A stretch of DNA of 63,707 nucleotides, counting the filler, from Choristocarpus tenellus KU-1152 (lineage: Eukaryota; Protista; Phaeophyceae): assembly GCA_964200185.2 (NCBI GenBank). It is 8 parts of 8 records of this genome, joined end to end, with 100 filler letters (N's around TTAATTAATTAA, not from the genome) between each part and the next. Parts side by side here need not be neighbours in the genome. Positions count along the whole stretch, not along the records: positions 12,241 to 16,880 come from CAXNAD020013672.1; positions 16,981 to 24,642 come from CAXNAD020005794.1; positions 24,743 to 29,438 come from CAXNAD020013431.1; 5 more parts are not named here. One strand, 5' to 3'. Made by a program: the position numbers and the translations under genes. The notes below the pieces were generated by a model that was given only the letters and a program-made list of their open reading frames with translations, had not been told where the DNA came from and searched no databases. Positions within the stretch are counted from its first letter, which is position 1, and every line of letters begins with the position of its first letter. Positions 12,291 to 24,958 of this stretch are shown one piece after another.

Positions 12291-12884
12291 CGAATACCCC
12301 CTGAATAGTTAGTAGATATAAGAATGGGAACAGATGTGAATCCATTTACCTGAATGTATACTTCCTTATATTTTGATTTTGGCATCTCCTGTGTTCGCAA
12401 GTCTGAGTTATAAAAGTAATGCTATTACTACCTCAGTTGAAATTTCAGAATAGAACATACTTCAAAGTATTTGTAAAATTCAACTGGGGAAGCACTAGCA
12501 ATATACTTGAGAGTGAAAAGGCAAAATTCTGTTTAACACCAACGGAGTAAACAATAATCATCTGGTCTGCAGAAAGAACTGTACTTTCCTATTCAATAGG
12601 TCTATTTCTTTCTATCTTACTCGTTTCACATTGATGAAAATACAACCCGGGTCATTACTTTATGTGCACAAACATTTTATTGTTACAGATTAAGTTGGAA
12701 CTGTCTTGCCTGTTTAGGCACTCCCTCCATAACAAAAACGAAGCAAAAGCATGAATTTGGGATACATAAAACCTTGCATCTAATACATGCATCACTAGAG
12801 ACACAAACATAAGGGAATATAATGAGACCAGCAGCAGTATGCTGGTAAGTAGTGCGAACTCGAAAATTGTATCAGTTGCACACA

Positions 12885-13063
12885 GGCTCAAAGTATCTGG
12901 GAGGGGGGGGGGGGTCTACACCAGGGGGTTCATTTGGGTCAAAATCAGGAAACGTGTATCTACATTATACATCCGACGTATGCAACCAAATCACCCAAAA
13001 ATCGCGTCATTAGAAAATTGCCCCCAATGGACAGTCGCCACCCCCTCCCAGATACTTTGAGCC
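12885..13063 (+). mobile_element. MITE family A, full copy (179 bp)
   Basis: Perfect TIR ggctcaaagtatctgggaggggg / ccccctcccagatactttgagcc; flanks aca/aca. Confidence 0.95.
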
Positions 13064-14008
13064 ACAGCAAGAGCAGATGGGAGAGACCCACGGAAATATT
13101 GTTAATGCCATTGCCTGATCCATGAGAACTGAGCTCTTCATGTCACAAACCTTCATCTTCAGGTCCATCTCAGTGATCCTCCTCATGGGAAGTTTTTCTT
13201 GGCACTCTGGGTCATTCTTGGTGTGACAATCCGTAGATTGGGCATTCTGGGGGTCTTCTGTAACCACAGGAGATGGCAATTCGTGAAATACTTCTTGTAT
13301 ATCACAAGGAACCTTGTCCTCATATCCACAAAGGTCAGAAATGACAATCTCCCGGTCATTAATTTGTGCATTTGGAGGGGTAGGCGATTCATCATTGCCT
13401 AATGTGTGTAGGAGTCCAGTATATTGGTTCTGATTCAGGGACGGAGGCATGGATTAGAGGTTGTTTAGCAGCAATTGATTCGTGGGGAGCAAGCAGCCCA
13501 TAACACAAGGCAGAATACCTGATTGGGATGATGGACTATTTTTGAGACTTGCAGTGCAATGTGATTTAAGTTGACTGTTGACTATCTATTGGTAGACAAG
13601 AAGTGCAGATCTGGTGAATAGACGAAAGTTTCCTGAGAGGTGGGCTGTTCATTGCCGAACTTCATACCCTTAGCCTGAAAAAACGAGGTTCATAATATCA
13701 GTGCATGATCAGGCTCAAAAATAGTGTTAATCGGAACAGATATCTCATATTTACCCAGAGGCTGCAAAAGGCTACTGTGCATCAAGGCCCTCTGCTCGAG
13801 CTGGTCATTCAAAAAAATATTATGGTTAAACGTTATACCAGTTTCTCCCTCTCACCTTGTGCCGGTGCCTTTGAGGTATCAGAGTATGCTTCATTGTAGG
13901 GGTCCATGTGAGGGTATCTCCAGCCTGCAAAATGAGTTTTACAAGGAGAAGCACAGGGTTGTTGTGGCTACATGTGGTGAATGTCAACCCTTTCCGCACC
14001 ACCTTTTT

Positions 14009-14054
14009 CAATCTAGTTTTCTAATCTAGTTTTCTAATCTAGTTTTCTAATCTA
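14009..14054. repeat. 13-bp tandem repeat (aatctagttttct)
   Basis: About 3.5 adjacent copies. Confidence 0.85.
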
Positions 14055-14829
14055 GGAGCTCTACATGATCTGGAATGCCCATTCTCAATTACCTGAACTA
14101 TACACAATAGTCACCCTAGCTTGGTCAACCCTCACACCCATATATCTGTGCATTAAAAGTCCGTCCAGCAAAGTAGTCCGTCCAGCAAAGTACCCCAGTA
14201 CTTGGCCACATCTCTTAGCTTTCCAGAAAGTTTCAAGGTCATTTCCAGGCAACACAGAGGGAGGGATGGGTGAATATACCGTACCTGAGTTAGCTTCATG
14301 TCCAGGAAATCAGCATCAGTCAGGACATGACGCTCTCCTCTGACACCATAATGTCTTGCCCACCATTTGTTGAAATAAGTAGGGCCACAGGTATGGTTTG
14401 GGTCATTTGAATTGCTGTAGTTCTGAAGGTTTTCTTGCCCTTGGGCTCTGAGGTTGTTTCATCTTCATTTACGGCTCTTAGGGGGCATTTCCCTCCCAAT
14501 TAGCAGCATTGCATTCCTATAACTAGTATATGTGCCCATCCCTTTCTATGCTTTGCATGTGTTATAGTTAGGGTTAAGGGTAGTTATAGTGGCAGCGTTC
14601 ATGGAATAACAGGTATACTGATTCAGGTACTGATTCAGGTGAAAGCAAAACTGCGGCGATGAACAAAAATGAAAGGAAGACCTGATGATCAAGTCCCCCC
14701 ACACTGTATGTTGCCTAACCTCTATGATAAGGCAATGGTTGGAAAGACGTTGATACTATTCAAACATTTGACACAGAAACCAAGATTGAAAAACAGAGTT
14801 AAAAGAGTGATATAGAAACGTTATGGGAT

Positions 14830-15004
14830 GGCTCGAAGTATCTGGGGGGGGGGGTCTACACTAGGGTGTCCATTCGAGCCCTGACCAGGAGGAGTGAACT
14901 TACATTATCCATCTGACGCATGCAACCAATTCAACCAAAAATCGTGACATGGAAAAATGGGCCCCGAATGGACAGCGGCCACCCCCCCCCAGATACTTTG
15001 GGCT
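14830..15004 (+). mobile_element. MITE family A, full copy
   Basis: ggctcgaagtatctgggg / ccccagatactttgggct; flanks ggat/ggat. Confidence 0.95.
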
Positions 15005-16780
15005 GGATCACAAGTACTGCTGAACACTTATTAAACTAACCCCGACTAAAATACAGAAAATAGGATGGTGATTAGCCATTCATTCCCTCCATGCAGAGAA
15101 GTGCATAAGCTCTTGTCTTCCTCAAGCTACAATGTTTGCACGCATAGGACACTCCTTCTCTCCCAATTCTACACACCTGTGGTGGACATTGCGGCTGCAG
15201 TGACTCTCTCTGAGGTGTACCCTGAGCCTTTTCATGGTATATCCTGCAGATGCAGGGTGCCAGTGCACTCGATCTATAACCCGAAGAATGTGTTCTTTTT
15301 GTCTTCGGCAATGAGCATCTTGTGTCTGAAGTCCAAGCCCCAAGGTTGGGTCAGGCAAATGCAAGAGGCAATAGAGATCACACAGTTATGAAGAGCAGGG
15401 TTGTTTTGCGTATTAGTTCAGGATCTACTGTTCATCGACAGGAGCTATAATTTGAATCATTCTGGGTTTGTTGGGACACTGACAACCGTGCCTTCACCAC
15501 CTAGAAGTTATGGTTGGCTTGGATCTCAGATATGTAATGTACTAACGAGCATAGCACCAGGGTGTATGGAGGGGTACGCTAGGATATGCCATTAATAGCG
15601 ACTACTGGGGAGCATGTTGATTGGGGCATACACACTTGCCTCTATGGTCGCCACCAGGTCAGCTATGGTGTCCTCAGCGGCTTGGAAGGGAGTGGAATTG
15701 TCACGCCTCTCCTTTTGATCCCAAAAGAGCTTTGACTGGACTTTATGTCTGTGTGCTCAAGAAATTGTAGGATGAGAAGAAATAGTGGATCAATGCATCA
15801 TGAAAGGCCTTAAGTTGACAGTCAAAACAATATTGTGGCCAGTACACATGTTGCTGTTTCCTTGTTACTGATCGTTATGGTCTCTCAACTCCTTGTTTCA
15901 GTTGTCCTCAATGTTTGGTTTGGGGCCAGAGTCTGCTGAGTATTTGAAATATCACCAGCCACCTTTTCCCTGCATCAGCGGCAATGACTCCAAGTGATGG
16001 CATTTACCAGTTTTCCACTGAGTACCTCCCATTGACCTTCTACTCAATAGGAACCTAGTGGCTGAGCAGATATCTGATGTCAAGTCTTGTAATATAAATG
16101 GAGGAGTATGACAGTACAGTATAAGTGGGAAGTGCACTATACTCCAAATTGTATCGACCATGACAACTGATATAGTTAAATACTCTTTAGTAGTTGCAAC
16201 CAGGTAAGATGTAGACTGCAGTAGGATGGAAAAGAAGATGTGTTTGGCGTTAATGTGGACATCCTGTCCTATACTGAAGAATACAACTATTCAAGACTAC
16301 CATTTCCAAACCGCCAATGTCCCATCCCTTCATCTCTTGATCGGAAGTGTATCCTTCCTTCATATACATGGTCATAGTTCCCCATCAATGCGAAAATATT
16401 TTCCCTCCCTCAACCTGTATGCTAGCCTTTTTTGGTGCATATCCTTTGTCTCTCTCATTCTCAACGTCCCAGTTCCTGGATCGCCAGCCCTCCTAGGAGT
16501 CAGCAGACCAAGCTGTTTAGCTCTCACCTCCCACGCAAGCACCTGTAGCACGCCAAATCAATCCATTGAGGAACAAAGATGAAATATACGGGGTTGGGAA
16601 AAGGAGACAAAGTCTTGGAGATGTTTTTTTTTCGTGTTTTGGAATAAGAAAGTAATGGCATCTGTCTTTGTGGCATTATCCAGGTCAAACTTGAGTCGCT
16701 CTTTAGGGCCTGTATCATCTTGGGAGTTACTCTTTCCCACTCTTACTTGGCTTCATTGTGCCTCTGTTTGATGTGCTACT

Positions 16781-16880
16781 GAGCCAAAGTATCTTAGAGG
16801 GTAGAGCCGCGTCCATTTGGGGGTCAAAATCCAATGTTCCGATTTTGATGTAATTTTGACTATCGCGTTTTTTTGTTAGT
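16781..16880 (-). mobile_element. MITE family B copy, cut by linker
   Basis: gagccaaagtatcttagagggtagagccgcgtccatttggg. Confidence 0.9.
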
Positions 16881-16980
16881 NNNNNNNNNNNNNNNNNNNN
16901 NNNNNNNNNNNNNNNNNNNNNNNNTTAATTAATTAANNNNNNNNNNNNNNNNNNNNNNNNNNNNNNNNNNNNNNNNNNNN
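16881..16980. other. Artificial contig linker
   Basis: N44-TTAATTAATTAA-N44. Confidence 0.98.
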
Positions 16981-17096
16981 TTTTCTTTTTGTTTTTGTTC
17001 GTTTTCTATTCTCTGTGCCAGTCTACTTGAATCTCTCTCTGGTTTGCCTTTCTTTCTTTTTTTTCCTTTTTTTTTCCTTTTTTTTTTTTTCTTCAG

Positions 17097-17929
17097 TTGG
17101 CCTTGGAAGAGACAACCTGGAAAAAGGGGGGTGGGAAGGTCACACAGTTAGGCAGGTAGGTAGGTAGGTAGGTAGGTAGGTGAGTTAGACTTGAGGCTAG
17201 AAGATTTTGGTGTCGCCATCCGCTATAGTATTGGTCTACTGATTTATTTATTTATTTTATCGCTTTTTGAGTGCTTTTCCTGCGGTGTTTGGAATGGAGT
17301 GGGGGATTGTATCAGCTTTTTGTGGGAGGTGGATAAAAGGGTGAGTGGTGTCTTGTGTCACCCTCTCTGTCGCGGCATTTGGTATGTGAAAGACCTTTTG
17401 AGGTATGCCTTTGTGGTGTCACACCTTTTTCGGTCTCAAAAGGGCGTCAAACAAACCTCAGGTGTTGAACAACTTGAGAAAGGGACTTTATAGAAACACC
17501 CCCCCACAAGGCTGGCGCACATGACCTTTAATTTCTGTGCATGGATGACTGAAACCGCTTTTTTTTTATTTCTATGTATGAAGTTTGGGGTCAGGGGAAT
17601 ATGTAGGCGTTCCTTTGCTTCTCGGCCAATGCTACTCACCAGAGTGTTGCCCTCTACTAAGCCTGTACTTTGATCTCAAAATGCCTCCCTGCGCACTCTA
17701 CCCTATTGCCACTGGGCAGGTGGAGAGGGCTTTGCATGCAGGGATCAAGGCCCAACACCTGGCTGAGGTGTCTAGAGTGCAGGACAGTATCTCAAAACTG
17801 AGGCGATCGCATAGAGCACTCTCCCGGCGGAGGGCAGAGGAGCTGGTTTTCCTAAATCAGGAGATGGCATCGTTGAGAAGGGGTTTGACAGAGCTCGAGC
17901 TGAGGGTTTATACCTCAGGCGTTCGATGA
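17097..17929 (+). CDS. 3'-terminal exons of an unidentified coiled-coil protein
   Basis: Candidate exon 17097-17155 (pyrimidine tract, CAG acceptor, CAG/GTAGGT donor) joins in phase to 17720-17929, which encodes VERALHAGIKAQHLAEVSRVQDSISKLRRSHRALSRRRAEELVFLNQEMASLRRGLTELELRVYTSGVR* with heptad-like spacing. Confidence 0.55.
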
Positions 17930-18439
17930 CATATGTACTTGAATGCGTGGCAGTGTTGGTGTGGAGGATGGAAGAAGGGGGGAAGGAACATGTGGTAGTA
18001 CGTGCAGGGTGTACCTTGAGGTTGCTAGTGTGTGTTGTACATAGATCAAGTCAATTGTGGAGGGTGCTTGATGTGGTCGTCTGTGCTGTGAAGCAGGTCA
18101 CCTTCTGAAGTAAACGTACAGTATGTGAAATTCTTCTTTTTTTTGTGTACTTATTTGGAATTGTCGCCGTCTAGATCGGTAGATGTGTACCCCTCAAAGC
18201 GGGTTGGTATGGATGCCGAATAAATACCATTTTCAAGTATTATAGATCGCACCATTGATGGGTGGGTGTCCTCATACAGGAGTGGTTTAAGGTTTGTTTT
18301 TGATGTAAGTACCTTGCTTGGTCTGTTTGCAAGGACAGGCAAAACTCCGTCCAGTACGGATTTGCATCGCTTGCTAGAAACGTTTTTGGTGGTAATGATC
18401 TATCAAATCTGCTTCTTCTTCTTCTTCTTCTTAGGTGTC

Positions 18440-19500
18440 AACCCTGCTGCCCTTGAGCACAGCCTACTTGAAAGTACAATGGAGTTTTTTTTAAGCCCCC
18501 CATCAACAAATCAAGCTACTCCTCAATTTCCTCGAGGCCTTCGCATACACCATTCCCTACTCCCTTACCTGGAGACCTCTCTTCATGTCCATCTCACCGA
18601 CTCTAGAACAGACTCTAACTTAAGTGATTGCATTTCGACACGATTCAGATCCCAACTTGAGGAAGCTTGGTGGGAAGTCTTGTAGTAAGGACCCCTCTAC
18701 CTGTTCCAATCATGTTGGAGTTTGTGGGTTGTGTTGCTGCACTAAGTAAATAGTACTAGAGCTTAGATAACATCTCACTGTCAATTTCGTGCCATCTGCA
18801 AGACTCGTGCTACAAAGTTCTATGAGGTCCTATCTTGCAAGCACGTCTGTATGCCTGTGGTGGAGTAACAAGCCTCTTGGATTAACTCGTTCGGTGAGAT
18901 TTCCAAAGGTAGTGTAATACTCACTTAAGCACCAGGCACATGATGAACAGCGGATTGTGCAATAGTTGTCATGCCAATGATTGTCACACGCAGCTAGAAA
19001 CTGTACCCTTCATGACACAGACCCTCAGTTCCTATGGCCCATTCCTTGAGTCTTAATTGAAACATGCTCTGCAGACTATAATATACGTACACTCCCCAAC
19101 GTACTATGAAGTACGAACTACCTCTAATTATGTTGTGAATACGTAATCTGTCACCACTTACTTTGAGAAAGATTTCCAAGCATTTTAAGTGTGACCCAAA
19201 GCATCCAAAAGGGGGTTACTGATGATCATAAGCGGCCTCCGTTCCTGCTTTCTGAATTTGACGTAATGTGTGGGATCGTGCCTTCTGGAAGGGCAATTTC
19301 CTTGATGTGGATATCCCTTCTACATCATCTACCGACTCCCACGGGAGATACCTCCATTTCGACCATTGAAATGGGGTGTCAGGCACAACATTAGTCACAA
19401 CAAAGTCACTCCATGATCAAAATGGCCAAGATCCACCAGGTGTAGGATACATCGACTTTCTGTAATTCTACTCGGCGTAATGCCTAGGGTCTACCGAAAG
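18440..19500 (-). mobile_element. Possible heavily decayed retroelement coding relic
   Basis: Stop- and frameshift-ridden, coding-like minus-strand sequence with faint resemblance to LINE ORF2 C-termini. No intact motif. Confidence 0.2.
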
Positions 19501-20402
19501 AGATACATCAATACCGGTTTCTTAGCACAATTTTTTTTTACTCATCAACTGAAGACAAAAGACCCTGATGATGTGCTGAGTGCGATTTACCCGTTGACCA
19601 CTTTAGCTACTACTACTCATGAGAGTTTCAAAGTGCTCTGATTCTTTCCATTTACTGTCAATTCATTTGCATAATATGAACTTATTTGACAATACATGCA
19701 GCATAGGAGAGAAAAAGAAGCCGATAACATAGCATTTGACTCCTCCACTGCCAGTTCTTGCGAATATTTACCGAAAATTATTACAGTGTTGGGCAGACAC
19801 ACTCATAACATTTTTTATTAATACAGTCTCTTCAAGTATCCATTTTTGAATGGGTGTGTGGCAGTTACTCGCATGCTCCGGAGTACATAGTAGTGGTGCG
19901 TGTATTTGTGTGTAACCTCCAACTTTTATTATAAATATCAGAAGAATATTACATTTTACTCCGGACTACATGGTACCTCATAATAACTACACGCCGCCCC
20001 CAATTATTATAAATATCAAGCAATAACAACACCGTCATCATAGATATTTTTCAAACTGTGGAATAACCAAATAAGCCCACCACAGGTTTTTCATACAGTT
20101 ATCTATTCATGCTTGAATCCAGAAGAGATCATACCCACATATTATGAAGAAAGTCTAAGAAAGCACTCTGAGCGCTATTTTTATTTTGAGTTCAGAAGGT
20201 GAGCTGCACCAAACAAAATATCGATTTTATGTAGGAAAACAAAAGGTCAGCTATATAGTACAATCAGAGCTCTTTTGGCAGCCAGACATGACAGCAAATG
20301 TGAGTTTTAATAGTGTTCCTACACAAAGAAGGGCCAAAGGTCGGGTTGGAATTATTTTGTTGCTTCTTCTCTCCTCTATTTATTGCCATGTACTCCTCTC
20401 TA

Positions 20403-20640
20403 TAGGTGGTAGTAGTAGGTTTAGTAGTAGTAGTAGTAGGGTTAGTTGTAGTGGTAGTGGTAGTGGTAGTAGTAGTAGGTGTAATAGTGATAGTGGTAGT
20501 AGTAGGAGGAGCAGTAGTAATAGGTACAGTAATAGTAGTGGTAGTAGTAGTGGTAGTGGTAGTGGTAGTAGTGGTAGTGGTAGTAGTAGTGGTGGTGGTG
20601 GTGGTGGTGGTAATGGTAGTGGTAGTGGTAGTGGTACTAG
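20403..20640. repeat. (GTA/GTG)n trinucleotide microsatellite
   Basis: Produces the poly-V, poly-T and poly-S/G ORFs in the track. Confidence 0.95.
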
Positions 20641-21611
20641 CAGGCGCAGTAGAAAATGAGTAAACTTTAAGTGCAGCTAGGTACGGACAGGATCGTGTGC
20701 TATTGTGTTCTTGTGAAGGTATGTTGATAGGACAATTGAAGACTGCTAAGGGGCAAAATGTTGAAAAAAACAAAGGAGAAACGGGTACCTCCCTAAATGA
20801 AGCAAAGAAGGGAAAAGAAACCAACAGACTGTTTCCATTTCAAGTTTCCATTTCAAGTTTCCACAAAAAAAGAAACAAGACAGAATTCCTCTTCTTTCAC
20901 AAGAGGATCGCTTCACAATCGATATAAAAATAACAACATTTCAATCTTGGAGTAGTAGCATACCTATGTGAGTCAAATTATAACAAATAGGTGGGTTAGC
21001 CCTCCTTTCTTATGGGGGAAGCAATACATTCATAATAATAGTTCATATTATTTTCCCCTCTGACGTTTTGCAGGTGTGTTAAGGGAAAAGTCAAATCAAT
21101 ATCACAAGAACCCCCGTAGTAAAAGTAATAATTGTCGTAAATGTGAAGATGTCTCTCTAAAATCTATTTACTATTTGACTATCAGCTATACTGCACTCCC
21201 ATAAAGCTTGGAAATTAAATTGTTAAGTGTACATTGCTGGTACGCCTCTAACCTAGCATAGCCCTACATAACTGGGTGAGGAGGTAGAGAAGCACCGCAA
21301 GAATCTGACTGGCCCCTCCTTGCCCCATCTGCCTGGTGTCTCCAGCTCGAAAAGCATGACAAGTCTCGAGAGAGTCACTTGTGTAGTGACAGTCGCTATC
21401 TGTCGTAAGCTGGATTTAGCAGCCCCTTTCCTGCTATGAATAACCTCCCACCCCTCTCCCTCCTACTGTGTGTAGCCAACTCATTCAGAAAACTTTATGC
21501 TTGCTTACCAAGGCACCCAAAACTTTCCACCACGAAGGTGTGGAGGTTAAAAGTATAATAGCAGTTGTGTATGATATGGAGTGAAAGGGTGAGTTAAGAA
21601 GATCCCGTGAT

Positions 21612-21783
21612 GGCTCAAAGTATCTCGGGGGGATGGCGACTGTCCATTCGGGGCTCATTTTTCCATGTCGTGATTTTTGGGTGATTTGGTCGCATTCGTC
21701 AGATGGAAAATGTAAGTGTACTTCTCCTGGTTATGGCCCGAATGGATACCCTGGCTTAGACCCCCCCCCAGATACTTTGAGCC
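21612..21783 (-). mobile_element. MITE family A, full copy
   Basis: ggctcaaagtatct / agatactttgagcc; flanks tgat/tggt. Confidence 0.95.
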
Positions 21784-22324
21784 TGGTGGGCGACATGGGG
21801 TAACTATATTTAGCAGTAGTAAGGTAAGTGAGTGTGTTTTGAACCACACCTACCTCAATGTGGTAGCTATGTTTTGACATTTTTCGTTGGGGTTTAGAGA
21901 TGATAGATTAGAGTGTTTAAAACGATTGGTTGATGAACTACAAGTTTTGAAGTGTCCATAAGGTAGAGCTTAAGCAATACATTGACCAGTGACTTCTTTG
22001 GAGGGGGCTGAGGTTCGATTGGTGGAACTCCTCGTCAGGTGAACAAGGAGGTTTATGCAAGAAGTCAGCGAAGTGAGAGAGAGTATTCTGAGTCTGTCTG
22101 CCCTTGAGGCGAGGAGTAAGGACTTCGCCTTCTCACTCACATCGCATGGTAGTATGGAGGGTGCACAACAAGAAAGTAATCCAATATCGAAGTATCAAAT
22201 ATTCACCTCTCTCTTATTCGAAATTGCTCTAAAATATTGGGTGGCGTTCATCTTTCCCCTAACTTTCAAAGCTTCAAGTTTTTACAACCTACCCGGCTAG
22301 AGTTCTACACCCTTTCCTCAAAAT

Positions 22325-23310
22325 ATGTATCACGAACGCCAACGTTTGATGCATTGTGCTATACATATGCTAAATAATCTCTTTCAAGAATCCTGGGCTG
22401 ATGAAAAATTAATGAATGGTATAGCTCAAGAAATGTGGGTGATGTACCCCTTTGAACAGAGTCAAAGACAAGTGCTTGGCGAGGCTATGTCCGTCTTAAC
22501 TATTTAACGCATTTTCTTCAACTACTCAGGTTCAATGTGGAGGCTGGAATTCGGCGTGAATCGGCCATGCGATCCCTTTGGTTTAACCCGTTCAAGTCTG
22601 TGGTACCCGGCCTAGGGTATTATGATATCAATGTCGTAATACAGGCCTTGAAGCTCAGAGCCTGCCACATTTCAGCGCACATCGTCTACAACCCCAAGGT
22701 TGATCTCATCACCCAGTAGGATCTGGAAGTTCGGAATCATATTGACCTTGAATGAAGTCCTTATGTATCGTCCACTCTTTCACACACAATGTAGACACTA
22801 CGAGAAATATTGTGACATAGATTTCATCGTATGTACAGTTTTAGATGGACCTGTTGGCGCAACTGCTCAAATGGAATGAGAATCAAGGTCACGTAACTTT
22901 CACTAAACGTTTATCCAAAATCTCTATTGCCCGTGCAGAACCCAGGGGATTTTGCTCAGCAGCTGCAAGACTTCAACCTGACGTCGGCTGTCGGGATAAT
23001 AGTCAACCGGGTAGGGAGGGTGCTTTTGGGAGGTTTGTGGAGCACGAATCATTTCTATGCAATCGTCTCTTGCCCTGGTTGTGCCCAGGGTAATGGATTA
23101 AAAGACGGCAACTCAACAAACAGTTGTAAAAGGAAGGAAGATTGTCCCGGTGATGTTATGTGGTACAGCCTTGACTCCAAGGAGCATGCGCCTGAGCTAA
23201 TCGGGGGGACTTTGGAACTCATAGATCTACTCGTCAACGAAGGGAGGGAGAAGCACGGCCAACTCTTTGTAGTTGTTGCAGATGAGGCAAAGAAGGGAGA
23301 CATAGATTAG
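22325..23310 (+). CDS. Josephin-domain (MJD family) deubiquitinase, JOSD1/2-like, about 216 aa
   Basis: Exons 22325-22434, 22530-22698 and 22939-23310 join in phase with GT-AG introns of 95 and 240 bp. Motifs: YHERQxxxxCAIHxLNNLFQ (catalytic Cys), GYYDINV, HFYAI (His), WYSLDS (Asp). No UIM tail. An extra upstream exon cannot be excluded. Confidence 0.92.
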
Positions 23311-24642
23311 CGAGGTGTACCTATTGCTTTGAGGTGAGATGAGAGTTGGGAAGGGAGAAGGAGAGGTATATGGCACATTAGCAGGTCAGAGGGAGATCTG
23401 GACGTAACGACCATAACAAGGACGCTTAGGTTTAATATAGTGGTCTATCCAAATGCTAGCGCAGATGTTTTGTTTGATGTTTTATCCTTCCGGTAGGCTG
23501 GGATGAAGGATTATCTCCACTTTGCACCATGATGTCTTTCTGTGGTGTACATAGTATGAAGACAGTACATGGCTTTGAACTCAAAGGCGTGGCAACACTG
23601 TTGGCACACTAATGTATAAAGGATCAAAAATGTGTTTTAATGATCAGTTGCAATGGTAGTGATTATAGCTGTGGCCAATGCGGTAACTTGGACTAATTTT
23701 AATTCGTCACTTTTTCAGTACACCTGAAGTTACAATACAATGCCCTCAAATACAAATCTTGAACATCCTTCAATTGATGCACATTTGATGTGTAAGGAGC
23801 AAGTAAGCTGATGGTAGTACATCACCAGTTTCGACCTGGCCCTGAGAGTTCCAACCCCTGCCAGTGCGGAATTATTGTTGATGCTGTCATAGTCATGCAC
23901 TGCTTTGAAGGCACTACATAGTAGGTGTAATCTAGAGTTGTGGTGAATGTGCAGATTTGCAGTCTCTCTTCTATGTGCTGAATAAAGAAGGAAAGTAGTC
24001 AATGTACATGTTCATCCCTGATAAAGTGCACCAAGGCAAAGGTATTATGCAACACTACAAAGGAAATTCACATAAAATATTCCTTCTGTGCTACTTTCTT
24101 CCGAAGGATAGATGCAAGATTTCCATGATGATGTAGGGATGACTGCTGGTCCATCTCCCATTTCCTCTGTGGCTGTTACATAGGGTGCCTTGCGCTTCTC
24201 TGCTCAAGGATGATGCACTTCATCTCCTTTAATGGATTCTGTGCCGAGCACAAAACTTTGTCACTGCTATTACAAAATATGTAAAATATGTACCTAACAC
24301 AAACTCCAGCTTGAACCCCTGGAAAGGTAGAATAAGTTACACAAATGACTCACACCCGTCCACTAGGCCAGCATTTTGTTCTGAAGAAAATCGTACTTCA
24401 ATCAATAGTGCCCTATGGTGGCAATACTCCACCAACATCATGGAGGGATGCATTCTACAACCACAAAAGTTTGGGGATCACAGCACATGAAATGCACGTG
24501 GATTCACATCTGCTGCCACAAAGAAGATGACTGCACGGGCAAGCATCTTAGCAGCCATACCAACTGAGACTGCTGCTGCGGCATGTGTTCCCCTTCCCCT
24601 TGGCCACCCTGCCACAACTGCAGTGAGTGCAACATACTGCAT

Positions 24643-24742
24643 NNNNNNNNNNNNNNNNNNNNNNNNNNNNNNNNNNNNNNNNNNNNTTAATTAATTAANN
24701 NNNNNNNNNNNNNNNNNNNNNNNNNNNNNNNNNNNNNNNNNN
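24643..24742. other. Artificial contig linker
   Basis: N44-TTAATTAATTAA-N44. Confidence 0.98.
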
Positions 24743-24783
24743 CCTCTACCCAGATCTCTTAGTCTCGAATGTGGTGACGCTGC

Positions 24784-24958
24784 TGGGGGCGGGGGGAGGG
24801 TTGGGTGGTCTACACCAGGGTGTCCATTTGGGCCCTGACCAGGAAAAGTGCACTTGCATTATCCATCCAACACATGCAACCAAATCACCCAAGAAATGCG
24901 ACATGGAAAAACAGGCCCCAAATGGACAGCCACCCCCCCTCCCCAGATACTTTGAGCC
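24784..24958 (+). mobile_element. MITE family A copy, degenerate left end
   Basis: gtctacaccagggtgtccatttgggccctgacc...agatactttgagcc. Confidence 0.9.

Noticed and set aside
13010-16740. Scattered 60-146 aa ORFs as genes
   Set aside because: No splice-consistent model or motif; probably decayed TE sequence that I cannot classify.
20186-20824. Mucin-like poly-Thr, poly-Val and Ser/Gly ORFs
   Set aside because: Translation of a trinucleotide microsatellite.
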